A DNA stretch of 63,851 nt. It comes from Octopus bimaculoides (Eukaryota). Shown piece after piece: positions 39,201-53,370 of the stretch. The number at the start of each line of letters is the position of its first letter. Position 1 is the stretch's first letter. The DNA is taken from positions 16,236,716 to 16,300,566 of the forward strand of contig NC_068981.1 in NCBI RefSeq assembly GCF_001194135.2, written 5' to 3'. Under the pieces are notes generated by a model. It was not told the origin of the DNA. It ran no database searches and worked only from the letters and a program-made list of their open reading frames with translations. Made by a program: the position numbers and the translations under genes.

Positions 39201-40441
39201 CAATAACTCTGTCGCAGCCGATTCTGTCGCACCACTAGTCATTAATAATATCATTATTTTTAATTGGTTGGAACCTTTACAACTTCATTTTGTGAAGTAG
39301 TAGATTGCGATTGAGAAATTGGGTTGGCGTTGGACATAGAAAAACAAATTAAATAAGTGCTTTACGATATGTAGTCCACTATATCACTTTATCTAAATTT
39401 AGAATAGGTTAGGCTACATGCTCTTTCAGAAATTAAATGTGAAGAATCAGCGTCACACATTGAGAGACTTGTCTCCGTGTTTCAGTACATGAGTTGTAAG
39501 TGAACGATGTTCTTAACAAATCCCAGTGGAACATGAAAATAAATAAATCGACTTTTTGCTTCAAATAATGTTCATATCATGGCCTGCTTAACTGCGAAAT
39601 TTCATTGTATTAAGTGATCTCTCATCTTCGCTTCCCTTTTAGCTTTACTGCATTTTACATGTTTTTTTTTTCTTTTGTTATTTTCGTTTCTTTTTTGTTT
39701 TTTGTCTTTTTATATTTCATCTGAACTTCGCCACATTCTATAAGACTGCTCTTATGGATACATTCTCTACATATATATTATAGTAGCTTTAAATAAATAT
39801 TAAATATATAGATGGACATTAAAAAAATATTCCAGACAAAATGAGTTCCTTTTTTAAAAGAAACGAAAATATATCTAGATCGATTCTTCTTCGAGTAATT
39901 CAGTGCCAAAATTGGTGCCAAAATGATATTAATGTGTCTGCAATGCGAAGAAATAGAAAAATAAATTCCGTATTTTTTCTACCTTTTTGTAGTAAGTTTT
40001 TATTACCTCTAGACAATTTTGTTTCGCAGTGATGTTTACTTTATTACTACAGAGTAACAACAACAACTATAATAATAATAATAATGTTTTCTTTGATAAT
40101 AATGATAATAATTTCATTTATTTGCCACCAGGGCCCATTCATTCGTATAAAACTGTGTTACAAGATGGTTACAGAACGCGTGGAGATGTACGCAATTATA
40201 TAGAAGCCAGGTGGGGACATCAGACAATGTATACAGACGTATTAAAAGACCGATTCAAATAATTACAGATCAGATACCAAGAATAGACATATGTGCGTGT
40301 ATGTCTGTGTTTGTATATATGCATATATCTGCCTGAATATATATATACATGATATGTATATATCTAATGGAGTTGTACATATAACCATATAATATGTAAA
40401 CGGAACACTACAACTCTTTTCTCTCACTATCATACCCTCTT

Positions 40442-40557
<116 letters not shown>

Positions 40558-42104
40558 ATGTAAAAGAGAAGTTATATTACACACTACTCCCCATACCAGA
40601 CATTATTTAACATAATGAAATAGATAGTAACTCATACCTCTTGTTGCCGCTCACAAAAAACACCGTGCAAAAGAAAAGAAACTGTTTGAGCGAGATAAGG
40701 AGAGAAATGTTTGTTTCTCTGATGCAAGTGTATCGTCTGGGCTTTCTGTATCAGTGTCTAACAATATTTCTCAAATGGAAGGTAAAATAATACTCTGCCT
40801 TCCCAGCCGAAAGCCACAGCAGGCCATCGATGCAGGCACTGAAGTTTACTGCGGCATTAGTTCTTTCGCTCACCCCTAAAACATTGGAGAAAGTATCGCT
40901 TCAAAGTTTCATACATCTACTTGCAATCGAGTTGTACAATTTTCTTTCCGACAAAGATGGAGCTTGGGCTATATTCCTGCTGTACACCCCATCCATTCAA
41001 GCTTTCGATTCCACGTGACATAGAACACATACTGACTTAGAGCACATACTTTCGTTCTGATGGTGCAACCTTCAAATTTTTTGTTGTAGAAATTGCTGAG
41101 AGCCAATTCCGTTGTTAGCTCGTTGGTAGTCAAACATTTTCTAATCACTTCTTCTAATTTGTTCACTAGCGCCTTCTCCAAACTAATTTTTTTATTGTTG
41201 CGTCTTTGCTAAATCCTATCGATTTTTCTCTAAACATTTTCGTTGCTTGCTCCGCCGCTAGTTGATTACTCCGCCAACTTCCACGTAACTATTTCGTAAA
41301 CCGGACACGGTAGTCATTTTACACCGATTTCGATGCGTTCTTCTTCCAGTAACCTAGCCCTATCTGGGTCGACTGTGCAGAAAGCAAACTAGTGATCTGT
41401 ATAACCGACTGATTCGTTATTTTTCTACTCTAACTCTAACTCCTGGCTCAATAAATGTGCTGTCAACATACCCTATCTGGCTCCTCCTTCTTCATACTTG
41501 AACATATGGAAAATTCAGCTGGTACATGTCATACACTTAGAACAGTTTGATCAGTAAATTCAACACAATTTCAGTTTGCATCAATCACAAATCTCAATCC
41601 AACCTCATGCTAGTACAAAAATCGTGATGTTCCCATGTACGCTTTTAATCGCATAAAGAACTCATGCTACGTTTGCAACAATCGGAGCTTATGTGACCAT
41701 TAGTCTGCAGGCAGCACTCTTCCTGTCGTTCATATTTAGCACTACCGATTTATCGTCCATGTTCATAAGAATCACATGACCTGGGAACAACTATGAAGTG
41801 AGTCATTCTGCAAAGATTTCAGGTCTCTATAAAAGAAGGGTATCCATCAGCGTTATTAGAGGACAGCAAATTATGAATATAGTTGTGGCGATTGGGTGAG
41901 AGTATCGTCTGGAAAATATCATAAGCTCCGATACAGACGGTCGTCTTAAGGCTACAGTGATTGCATTTAAAGCAGTCTTATTTTGGATCAGAAAAACTTG
42001 GCGTTTCTTCATGATATACATGTACATGGAAACTTTTAATATGTACATGTTTTGGCATATGAGTGTGTGTGCATATGTATGTTTATATGTATGTATGTAT
42101 TCAC

Positions 42105-42143
<39 letters not shown>

Positions 42144-42411
42144 TGCATGTTTATATGTATGTGTGTATTCACATGTGTACATATATATACATATATATAC
42201 ATGTGTGTATAGATTGATAAATAGAGAGACAGGGAGATAGATAGATAGATAGATTAGTACTCCGTTAGAAATAGTAATTTTCAATCGCTTGTCCTCTGCC
42301 AAGTGCATTTTCGCTATTAATATAGTTGTACAACATTATAGCATAAAGATGCTCTCACACACGTATGCACGTGCAAATATGTGTGTGTATGTGCGCGTGT
42401 GTGTATTTGTA

Positions 42412-42451
<40 letters not shown>

Positions 42452-43027
42452 TGCGTGAGCGCGCGTGTGAGTGAAGCCATTTTATAGTAATATGTAATTC
42501 TGATTTCTTTCTAATTCCCATGATAATGATAATAGCCAGAGCAGTATCATGTTTTGTGTTCTAAGTGTGATTTTTTACTTCCTGAAAAGAGATGTTTTCG
42601 TCAGTGGGGATTTACTGGTTTTGACTAATAACATCAAAGATGTTATTTTGTTTCAACCCTCATTCATATATCCCAAGAGTCTGTTGAATTTTTCATTTAC
42701 TATCACTGTTTTTTTTTTTTTCGGCATTAGTTAGTGTTTTGTTTCTTTGCTAGAAATTACATGGTTTACAACTTGTTACAAATTGGTAAGCATTTTCCTG
42801 CCGGTTTAGTTGGTCGAGCTTAGAATGATCACTGTTAATAATAGTTACAGTGAAACCATACTTAATAGTTATAACAGAGGTGTCAGATAACAAATTAGTA
42901 GAGTCAATAGAGTGTCAGAATGAGTTGCTGTTATTTCCTCCTGTTCTGAGATAAAATTCCGCCAAGACTGATATTATCCGGCATCATTTCCAGAACGATA
43001 AATAAAGTAACACTACAGTACACTGAG

Positions 43028-43181
43028 TTTCTGTTGTTGTTGTTTTTGCTGCTGTTGTTGCTGTTGTTGTTGGTGTTGTTGTTGTTGTTGTTGTTGTTCT
43101 TCTTCTTCTTCTTCTTCTTCTTCTTCTTCTTCTTCTTCTTCTTCTTCTTCTTCTTCTTCTTCTTCTTCTTCTTCTTCTTCC
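43028..43181. repeat. Compound (GTT)/(CTT)n microsatellite; similar (GAA)n at 28712-28798 and 52030-52125, (CT)n at 40440-40554, (GATA)n at 500-578
   Basis: Directly visible. Confidence 0.95.
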
Positions 43182-43701
43182 TCTTTGAATCTCTTGCTCT
43201 GATCTACGCTTGACGAAATTCCTTGTGACGAGACCACTAAAGGATTCAGGTTTCAGCCCCGCCAGTTTTAATGTATCCAAAGTATGACATCTTTCAGGAC
43301 AGACAGAGGCCATAGAAGTCCACCAGGAGTTGGTGGCCCAAGAAAAGGTGGAACAGGGATGCATGCTCAAAAAAATATAGCTCCAATATAATAATTCTAT
43401 TGGTGTTACGACTTCCAAATATTTTCGGAAATTTACATCCAATAGGAAGAGCTAGTTATCTTGGACAGCCGAGAAAAGTTATATCCTTCGCATGGCTTTT
43501 TGAGTGTAGTACAAAACAAATGATGAAAATAAGGGCAATACATTCTTCTGTTGTTGGCATTGATCGACCAAAAGTTTATTATATAAAGTATATGGAATGG
43601 AAACCTGAAAGTAACGAAGGTATAATTTAAAGCCTGTTTATAGTTCATTGTTGCGTCAAGCCTACATAAGTAGTCTTACTGGAAAGTAATTACAATTGTA
43701 A

Positions 43702-44059
43702 AGAAGAGCACTCAGAGAGCGCACATTTCCGCCAAAGCAACACCAATATCCTCTCAACGATTAGCCAGGATGATTTTTTAAATGAGAATAACTGACTGCT
43801 CTCACAAACGAGAATACTAAAAATGAACCCGAACGCTCTCAAAAATTAAGTAAAAAAAAAAAAACGAAAAATATTCCAGGATACTTGTCCGGTACCGGAT
43901 CGATCCCAATATCTAATCAGTTCGTGTCAGTCACGAGGCCAACCATCCTTGGAAGTTTCATCAGAATCCATCCAGCGTTTCTTGAGATGACTTGTCCACG
44001 GACAAACAAACAAACACGACTGAAAACAAAACCTCCGCTTTCGCTAAGGCGAAGGTAAT
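43702..44059 (+). mobile_element. Helentron-associated non-autonomous (HINE/DINE-like) element
   Basis: 5' ...tccgccaa.gc, internal (caaa)n, 3' hairpin acctccgc-tttcgctaag-gcgaaggt-aa; family assignment from architecture only. Confidence 0.55.
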
Positions 44060-45619
44060 AATGATGCCAGCATGATAAGGGCAATAGCTCAGTGAATAAG
44101 TTCAAGGGTTGATTCGTTGTTTATCGTTGCTGATAATACGCTGTTTTTATGACGATCTTGCAGAATCATTAATTCATCGAACAAACAGATTAGCGGTATT
44201 TTTTTCTGGTTCTTTTGCGTTCTGCGAGTTCGAATTTACCTTTTATCGCTCGAGGTTCAATAAAAAGTAATACCAACTTAACAACGGGGGTCGATGTAAT
44301 CGACACTTGACCTCCCAACTGTGCCAAAATTTGAAACAATTATTATGATGATTATAACAGCCAGAAGGTAAATTCATTAACGAATCGCCAAGGTCGACTT
44401 TGCCTTTCGAGCACCCTCCCCCAAAATTCCTGGCCTTGTGCCTAAATTTGAAAAGATATTGCTGTCGTTGTTGTTGTTCTTCTTTTTTCTCTTATTTTTT
44501 CTCTTCTTTTACTTTTCTTCTTCAACTACTACTACTACTATTAATACTGCTATTGGTTGTTGTTGTTGTTGACGATGATATTTAGCCTCAGATCAGCCCT
44601 GTTTGTGTAGAACTGTAACCAATAATATCTCAACCCCTATCATCCCTTTTTTTCTAAGCTATGTGTCAAAGCCATAGGATATGATCCAAAGGATGTTCGT
44701 TGGCTATTTATAGCAGGCGAAGTGCCCACAAAAAAGTTCTCTCAATAACCTTCTCAACTGGCAGGAAGTGCAAGTGCTACAAAACTCCCTCAAATCATTA
44801 CCATGTTGCCTTAAAGGAAGCTCACAAATTATACAAAGATTATGATGAGACAGAGTTGTGAGGTTAAAGGAGCTCATTTTCCAGCGTATCTGGTTTTCGC
44901 ATTCGATATCTCCGCTCAGCACTTAAAAAAGATTTTTCACCCCCATATTCTTGGATTTCAAATTTAAATTACTAATTACGCCTCATGTAAAGACATAGTT
45001 ACCTCCCTTTGTATTAACGGCCATCCAGTGGGTGAAACACGTGTTTAATTTATTCAGTTATTCTTTTCTCTTCTAAGGGAGCCAGTCGATTAGATCGACA
45101 GCAGTACGCAACTGCTACTTAATTTATCGATCCCGAAATCGACCACAGAGTGCCGAATGAATGTAAGTTGGCAGACGCTACGGAAATCCGTTGGAACATT
45201 CATTACCTACTCTTCAGGCGGTAGATTTAATATCATCACCTAACGATTGAAACAAACGCGTTGCAAATATAGGGACCAGATCTTCTGTCTGATGATAATT
45301 GTCTCTTTTCCTCTCATGGTTACTAATCTCGGACGCCTTAAAAACAGTCATGAGTGCTAACATTTCTCCTGTAACAAGTAAAATGTACAGAAAACTTAAA
45401 GTTCTGATGCAGGAATAGATTTAGAGAATGTTGACAAATAGTCTTACGATATTTATGTGATGGACTTCCGAAATTATTTCACATTATAATTCAAATGTTA
45501 TTCAATTACAATAATAATAAATATGCAAACTCAATAAATACGTTATAAACTATTAAATAATATTTTCACGTGCTGAACTCGATTGATCTTCGATAAAAAA
45601 GATTTTTGCTATGTATATT

Positions 45620-45649
45620 TGCATCAACAGTAGTAATAGTAGTGGTAGC

Positions 45650-45726
<77 letters not shown>

Positions 45727-45859
45727 CAACAGTAGTAGTTTCTGTTGTTGTTCCTGTGGTTCTTCTTTCTGTCAGCGTTTTAGCGTTCGTACTCGTTATA
45801 TATTATTGTATTAGCAATAGAAATACGATTTAAGTATGAAGACTACAACAACAGCAACA

Positions 45860-45899
<40 letters not shown>

Positions 45900-46082
45900 T
45901 AGCTACTGTTGTTGAGAATACAGCTTGAAACCGGCACAAATATGTCATTGGAGTCTGCACATCAACCTGATGAGATTAGCATCAACAAATGTCACAAGCC
46001 GTCAGCATTGACATAACTATTGACAATGGAGATTTCAGCCATAAAAAGCAACAGCAGTTGCAGCAGCAGCAACAGTAGCAGT

Positions 46083-46149
<67 letters not shown>

Positions 46150-46215
46150 ATAGTAGTAGCTGTTTCTGCTGTGGTTGTGGTTACAGTTGCTACTGTTTCT
46201 ATTGTATTAGTAGCA
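45620..46215. repeat. Compound (AGC)/(AGT) arrays flanking an inverted (ACT) array
   Basis: Arrays at about 45625-45735, 45845-45900 (complementary) and 46050-46160. Confidence 0.85.
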
Positions 46216-46231
46216 GTAACTACTGCTCAGT

Positions 46232-46560
46232 GTGGAGGCGCAGTGGCCCAGTGCTTAGGGCAGCGGACTCGTGGTCATAGGATTGCAGCTTCGATTTCCA
46301 GACCGAGCGTTGTGAGAGTTTATTGAGTGAAAACACTTACAGTTTCACGGGGCTTCGGCAGGGGCGGGGGCGAACCCTGTTGTACATTTTCGCAACAACT
46401 TTCTCTCACTCTTTCTGTTTCTGTTGTACCTGTTATTCAAAGGGCCAGCCTTGTCACACTCTGTGTCTCCCTGAATCTCCCCGAGAACTGAGTTAAGGGT
46501 ACACGTGTCTGTGTAGTGCTCAACCTCTCACACGTTAATTTCACGAGCAGGCTGTTCTGT
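46232..46560 (+). mobile_element. SINE family C, tail variant 2
   Basis: tggaggcgcagtggcccagtg.ttagggcagcggactcg... shared with 53243. Confidence 0.8.
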
Positions 46561-46564
46561 TAAT

Positions 46565-46935
46565 CTTAATTTATTGACCCCGAAAGGATGAAAGGCAAAG
46601 TCGACCTCGGCGGAATTTAAACTCAGACCGTAGCGGCAGACGAAATACCTATTTCTTTACTGCCCACAAGGGGCTACACACAGAGGGGACAAACAAGGAC
46701 AGCCAAACGGATTAAGTCGATTATATCGACCCCAGTGCGTAACTGGTACTTAATTTATCGACCCCGAAAGGATGAAAGGCTAAGTCGACCTCGGCGGAAT
46801 TTGAACTCAGAACGCAGTGGCAGACGAAATACCGCTAAGCATTTCCTCCAGCGTGCTAACGACTCACCTAGTTCACTGCGGCAGACGAAATACCGCTAAG
46901 CATTTCGCCCGGCGTGCTAACGTTTCTGCCAGCTG
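46565..46935 (-). mobile_element. SINE family B nested in family B with a 17-bp TSD
   Basis: gcggcagacgaaatacc at 46633-46649 and 46878-46894. Confidence 0.85.
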
Positions 46936-46989
46936 GCATAATTTCCACATCAACAGTGATGTAGACTGCCTTTACCTAAAACAGAAACA

Positions 46990-48010
46990 AAGCGGCAGAA
47001 GTTAACATCAACCCAGGCTGTCTTTGTGTGTTGCATCCTCTCGGCAACATCTATTAACCACTAAGTGTCGAAATGCATTCCATTGGCCAAGTTTGCATAT
47101 ATGAGATCGATAACATCATAAGACTTGAAAAGCAGCTCTTTGAGAGGGCATTTCTTGTCTAATAAACTTAAATACATTCCGAAAGAAGTCACATAACTCT
47201 ACCGCAATATATTATCAGATAAAAAGGATGAGCGTATATCAGCAAAAGACCATATGTCAGTAGAAGGCTCCGAGATGATAGTGACATTGATCATCAAACT
47301 AATCTATCATGGACCAACAGCAGGATTACTACCTCCCACCTTGAACGTTATGCGTTAGCAATCCAGGAACAGAAAATATCAACCAAATTCCTCTTGCACA
47401 AAGTGACAAAATACAGGGAAAACATTAAAATATGACAACTAATGCTGACTTTGTGGTGTTAACACCAAAGATATCACCCACATCATAAGCAGTTGACCGA
47501 AAATGTCATCACGGTATTATTTGCCGATGAAGCATGTTGTTGCTAGGATACTGTATAACGAGATTCGTCGGAAGGATAACCTCAGGGACAAAGAAATAAG
47601 AACACACAGTAGGGTGGAAACCATAGCCACTCACAATTAAAAGGAGTACTGGTGGAATGTCCCACTGAAAACCTCAATAAAATGTAAACACAATAGATCT
47701 GACATGATTTGGGATACAGAAGTGAAACTGTGTACAGTTGTGGAAATCAGCTGCACAGCGGATGTTGACATAATGCTAAAGATCAGTGTAAAAGAGAATA
47801 CCTACGCTGAACTTTGCAGTTACTCTATCCAGATTATAACTTCAGGTTTATACCTGTAATTATCGTGGCGCTGGAATATGTAACACGCTGCCTAAATACC
47901 AATCTTGAGAAATTACACTTCTCAAAACCAGAAAGTAGACAGCTGATTCGGAGACTACAGCTCCAATCCATCACTGAAACTGAAATACCAGTAAAACTTA
48001 CCAGAAGTTT
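46990..48010 (+). mobile_element. Decayed 3' part of an RLE-type (R4/NeSL/HERO-like) LINE
   Basis: Frameshifted AIQEQ.I.TK, degenerate CCHC region, EYWWNVP...HNRSD.IWD, VVEISC, FIPVII.AL: PD-(D/E)xK endonuclease-like tail. Confidence 0.75.
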
Positions 48011-48419
48011 ATCATTTAAGTATATATGAGCATGTCTAGATATGTAATTGTATACATGAGAATACATTTATAAAACACACAAATTTGCACATACATACAT
48101 ACATATATATATACCCAGTCGATATTGACATTCCAATGAAGGTGCCATGGATCTAGGTTAGAAACTCACTCTTTCTCTATTGACAAGAAATCTTGAAGTA
48201 AAACTGAAGACATACATACATACATACATACATACTTACGTACATACATACATACATACATACATACGTACGTACGTACGTACATACATACAATCATACA
48301 TACATACATACATACATACATACACACACGCATGCACATACCCTTATACATCATACTCTATACTCTCACATATATACACACTCATCCACAGACTCTCTCA
48401 CTCACACACACGACTGATT

Positions 48420-48560
48420 TTCGATCAGTTTCCGTCTGCCAAATACCACAAGGAACTGACCACAAAAAGGCTTCAATATTCAGTTGAAAATATTCCTTCA
48501 GTTGTCACGCTGTAGAGTGGATTCGAACCTTGAACCACATGACTGCAAAGCAAATTTCAC
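48420..48560 (-). mobile_element. SINE family A, old 5' fragment in the minority orientation
   Basis: tttccgtctgccaaat...ttcgaacc..gaaccacatg is the reverse complement of the head/core. Confidence 0.55.
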
Positions 48561-49553
48561 TATGCTTGCGTAATATCTTTTTTATGTATTTATTTCTATC
48601 GGTCAAAAGTGATTCCGTTTTTAAAAAAATATATGTTCGATATTTTCCAACAATTTTTTGTCAATCAATTGAAATCTATAGCCTAAGGAAGCCATAATTG
48701 TACATCAAAGAGCGTCATCGCCTTTCTCTCTGTCCATTCCTAAATGTTGCTCAACCATTTGCTTTTATGATCTTCCTATACCACTCCAACCGGGGATTTT
48801 CCATGCATGACAATATTCAATAGAGATCGGATGTCATGGTGTCAAATCACATGACTAAACTACTTCATTTTACGCCTTTTAACAAATCACTGAAGAGTTT
48901 CGTGCTTAGCAGCTTTTCCAACATTTTTTTCCTTAATACTCTCATCAGTTCGCTGTTCAGTACATAGAATCTCAGTATCTTTCATTTCAAAAGCATTTTC
49001 TATACAATCAATTAATTTCATTCTATTTTCTGGGAGTTTTTTTATCATTTTTTTTTTTTCATTTTTACGTTTGAAGATTAATCTACACGTGTATCGGTGT
49101 ATAAGTTAATGTGTGCATGTGTCACATTTGAGAGGATCATAGAATGCATACATAATTAAATATCCTTTTTTTTTCTTTACATAACAGTTGAAATGAATCA
49201 ACGGAGATGCTACTACGTGGTATTTGACGTCCAAAAAATAGCAACAAATTTCGCTCAAATCTCACTTTACCATTTAAAAGAAGTTATAAATGCAGCGTTT
49301 CTGAAAATAAGATGGAATAGTCAAGGCTTTTGGTCATACATCTCTGCTCAATCAAATGTGATAAAGGCCAAAAATGGATTCTTCACCTCTTTTGAATATA
49401 ATTATAAATTAAATATTAACCAAAATATATATTTAATGATGTTCTCTGAAAATATAGGACAGATCAGCACAGGATTGTTCTTTTTCTGACAGGTTTGTTC
49501 TCTTTCTACGCCCATTCTGCATTATAAATATTACTAAAAATATATATATTTAC

Positions 49554-49747
49554 CTTGTGAAGAAGGCGCCGGTAAGCTGACGTTGATGACATCACGACGA
49601 CTATATTACGAGTGGCTCCCTCTAGTTGGTCGAGCTGTCGTAACATTTTATGTGTGTTTTCTATGTCATCAACTCGACGTACCACAACCTCAAGTGGGTC
49701 TGACGAATTATTGAAAGAGTCGTAGATATGTTGAAGATGAATTAAAC
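49554..49747 (-). CDS. AMPA-type iGluR exon, 194 nt, phase 1-0: GLIHLQHIYDSFNNSSDPLEVVVRRVDDIENTHKMLRQLDQLEGATRNIVVVMSSTSAYRRLLHK
   Basis: Not in the ORF track; found by hand. Acceptor tattttcAG, donor GTAAAT; completes the Gly codon in frame; similar to GluA 'GLSTLQAVLD'. Confidence 0.92.
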
Positions 49748-50877
49748 CTGAAAATAGATAACAATAGAAAAATTATATTTAAAATATTACCAGTAGTAAC
49801 AAAAGAGACAATGAAATATTTAAAAGAATTCCAAATTCAAGAAGTCCCAGAATTAGATAAATTAAGAACAGATGCAGAAATAAACTAAATACATGAAAAT
49901 CCTTACTAAAAATGCAGTCTTAAATAATCTTACAATCAAATGGCAGGGCAATGTTTAACCCAATGTAATACATTTTAACGCTTGTATTGCTCGTTACCTA
50001 TATATCGCGGCACGAGCCTGTGGGCAGGTGTGTAGAAACATTAACTAAGCTTGTCAACTCACCATATCTTCAGTTTCGAAGACCACGAAATCAATCTTGT
50101 ATGCCCTACCTTTGTATAAGGAAATCACTTCATCCAACACATCATCTACGTCTTCCCTTCATTGCATTTTGACGGTACTCTATAAAGTCATTTGCTTTCC
50201 AAGAGACGGATGTACACCGTCTTTCGAAATGTATACCACTTTTCTTTTTTAACTTGCTTGGATAAAATCGGTAGTGCAAGAAAGCAGAATTTCTTGTGAT
50301 ATAAATCTGTTTCAGTCTTTCTTTATGAGAGAAAAACGCCCCATATTCATAATTTCTTTTTAGCTTGTGACATTAATAAAGCTGTTTTCGTCATTGTCTG
50401 CGATACGAAAATTATTCGACTGCTACTAACGTCAGTGTCTATATTACATATTTGTTTCCTTGTGTTTTGTCTGTAATTTCCGAGATGGCAATGTCTGCGC
50501 TGTGTTTATAATTGCACCTGTTCGTTTAAATGTTACAATTCATTCTCTTTGTTTGTCACTTTTTAAAACAGACTGTGTTTATAGTTTCATGATTTTCAAC
50601 AATTGTTTTTCTCCGAAAACTTCAGGGGCGTGATCGTTGTTACCTCCTTTCTTGGTATCACCGCTCATCGTTACTTCAGACGGAGAAGCGATATTTAAAA
50701 AAAAATCCATATAAATAAATCTTATGCACAGCAAATAAATATTTGAAAGAGAAATAGTTTTGTCTACAGTGAATCAACGGCACAGCCATTTAAAAGTTCC
50801 AGAAGCTCGCTTTTTTCCACTAAATAAAATTTGGACACATTCGCTAAGAATGAAGTAGATTCAATATCATCTAAAGC

Positions 50878-50949
<72 letters not shown>

Positions 50950-50953
<4 letters not shown>

Positions 50954-51150
50954 TTGCGATGGCGAGATTTGGAATTTGAAATCTGTAAAGATTGTACCTG
51001 TAATATTTGGTACATTAGAGACTTTGAATAATGATGTAGACAAATATTTAAAGAAGATTGGAATGGAATGTCAATTGCAGAACTTCTACCGAAGGTTTAC
51101 CTCTTCGGAACAGGAGAGATCATCAACTTTCAACAAAGATGTTGGAAGGA
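50950..51150 (+). mobile_element. Extreme 3' fragment of an RLE-type LINE
   Basis: IWNLKSVKIVPVIFGTLETL..DVDKYLKKIG...GTGEII resembles RLE C-termini. Confidence 0.6.
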
Positions 51151-52989
51151 AGCAATCCCCTCTCCACCTTCACTTTCCTTTTCAAGTGAAATATGAAAAA
51201 GTTGATGGGCGCTTGGCCACTGTGTAAAGTACCTGCCTTTAGTCCTTTCAGTCTTATCCATCGCACAACCTCTTTCGCTCCGGTTAACCGACAGATAAAC
51301 ACTGCCTGCCCTTCACAGCCAAATTCGGTGGGACGAGCTTCACAGTAGACTCAGAAAATAGCCCTATCCGTCCCAAACGGCAGGTGTTCGACATCAACCC
51401 ACAAGGAAGCAATGCTTGGACATTCGACTAGAGCGTGCAGAACATTTTCGTCGCTCAGCGCGCGTCTTGGACTGGCCCGACTGACTGCACTTACAAGCCA
51501 GTTGAGGTTATCCGAACCGGCGATATTCTACGGTAACACTGCTAGGCTAAAGATTTCTGAAATTATCCATCAGTCCTTATTTTCTGCGCTTGCGACGCCT
51601 TATCAACCAAAAGGCGGGAGAAGCTTCAGTAAAGGAGTTCTGTCTCGAAGGACAAGAACTGGTACCAGCGTGTGATCAAAGAACTGGCAGAAAAGTGACT
51701 TTGATGCAAGGCGGCTTTTGTAGTAACTTGATGAATACAGCAAAAAGTTACCAAAATATTGCAAAACATTTGACTCGATATATCTCCCCGAAATTATTAC
51801 AGAGATATCAAACAGCTACAGAAATGGAAGGAACAAAGGCCAAGTCATATGTATTTTCTTTCTCCTCTCTTTCACTGTAGAGAAGTGCTGAAGTTTCTCC
51901 GCTACTCTTCCTCGTCTTTGTAATTGNNNNNNNNNNNNNNNNNNNNNNNNNNNNNNNNNNNNNNNNNNNNNNNNNNNNNNNNNNNNNNNNNNNNNNNNNN
52001 NNNNNNNNNNNNNNNNNNNNNNNNNNNNNGAAGAAGAAGAAGAAGAAGAAGAAGAAGAAGAAGAAGAAGAAGAAGAAGAAGAAGAAGAAGAAGAAGAAGG
52101 AGAAGTAGAAGAAGAAGAAGAAGATTTACGTCGTTGTCGTTCATCTTTTCAAAAATACAGCTAAATTTTGCTCAAATCATATACAAACGTCAGCAAATAA
52201 AATGAAGCAATACAAAATTTCGTAGTAAATTCACCGAAGAACCGGGGACATGACTAGAATGTTGTCGATCATACATCTTGGTTATAAGGACTGGCTTTGT
52301 ACTAAATGACAGCAGAAACAACAGTAATTTGAACAGTGAACTGCAAAGACCACTAATATCAACGCAATGTTTGTGAAAACAACCAGTGCAAACTGTAATT
52401 AATGAACTAGAGAGATTGTTGAGACTAAGAAGATAAGGAACTAATTCAAAAATAATTGGAACACCTTACTAATAAGACAAGAGGCAGCATTACAATCAAA
52501 GTTATCTGTCTGCAGTAAATAAAAGAATCTAATGTCAATAATTCCAAGTGAAGAAAGAATTATCAAAGGAAGAATTGTGTATGGGTTTATCACGTGTCTC
52601 TTATCTTGTACCATAAGCTATTGTTATTTCTGAGGGGGTCGTCGCCGTCATCATTGTTGCTTTTTGGTGTCGTTGTTTAGATGCAGATCAGTTTTCCTTG
52701 GCCAGAAATAGGATCGTCGGCATTTCACCTTTATGAACCTGTCTTTTGTTCTGGGCATTGTACACACTAGATAACATTAACTAATCTGTCCTCATTTAAG
52801 AAGTCGTGGGAAATGCCGCTGCTATATACGTCCGTTTAACAAAGACAATCGCTTGAAGTTCCTTTTTTTAATTTATATTTCTAGAGCTAAAGTTAACATT
52901 ACACACACACATACACACATACACACACACACATTCAAACATACACACAATTTTGTCTTCTGGCAACTGGTGTAATATGTATATATATG

Positions 52990-53022
<33 letters not shown>

Positions 53023-53169
53023 GTGGAACGCATAAATATAGATATGTGTATGCATGTACATATGTATGTATATGTTTTAGTGTGTATATACATATATGTA
53101 TGCGTGTGTGCGCGCGTATACGTAAAGGTATAGATAGATATATATGCGTATCCGTATAGGCATGTATAC

Positions 53170-53242
<73 letters not shown>

Positions 53243-53245
<3 letters not shown>

Positions 53246-53370
53246 AGGCGCAATGGCCCAGTGGTTAGGGCAGCGGACTCGCAGTCATAGGATCGCGGTT
53301 TCGATTCCCAGACGAGGCGTTGTGAGTGTTTATTGAGCGAAAACACCTAAAGCTCCACGAGGCTCCAGCA
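53243..53370 (+). mobile_element. SINE family C, head only
   Basis: Near-identical to the 46232 head. Confidence 0.8.

Noticed and set aside
49695-49725. CTGACGA...GAAA..GTC antisense to a receptor exon
   Set aside because: Stems I-III cannot form.
51300-51435. Possible HDV-like ribozyme (ccg-tcccaaa-cgg as P3/L3)
   Set aside because: No convincing P1, and no GG for P1.1.
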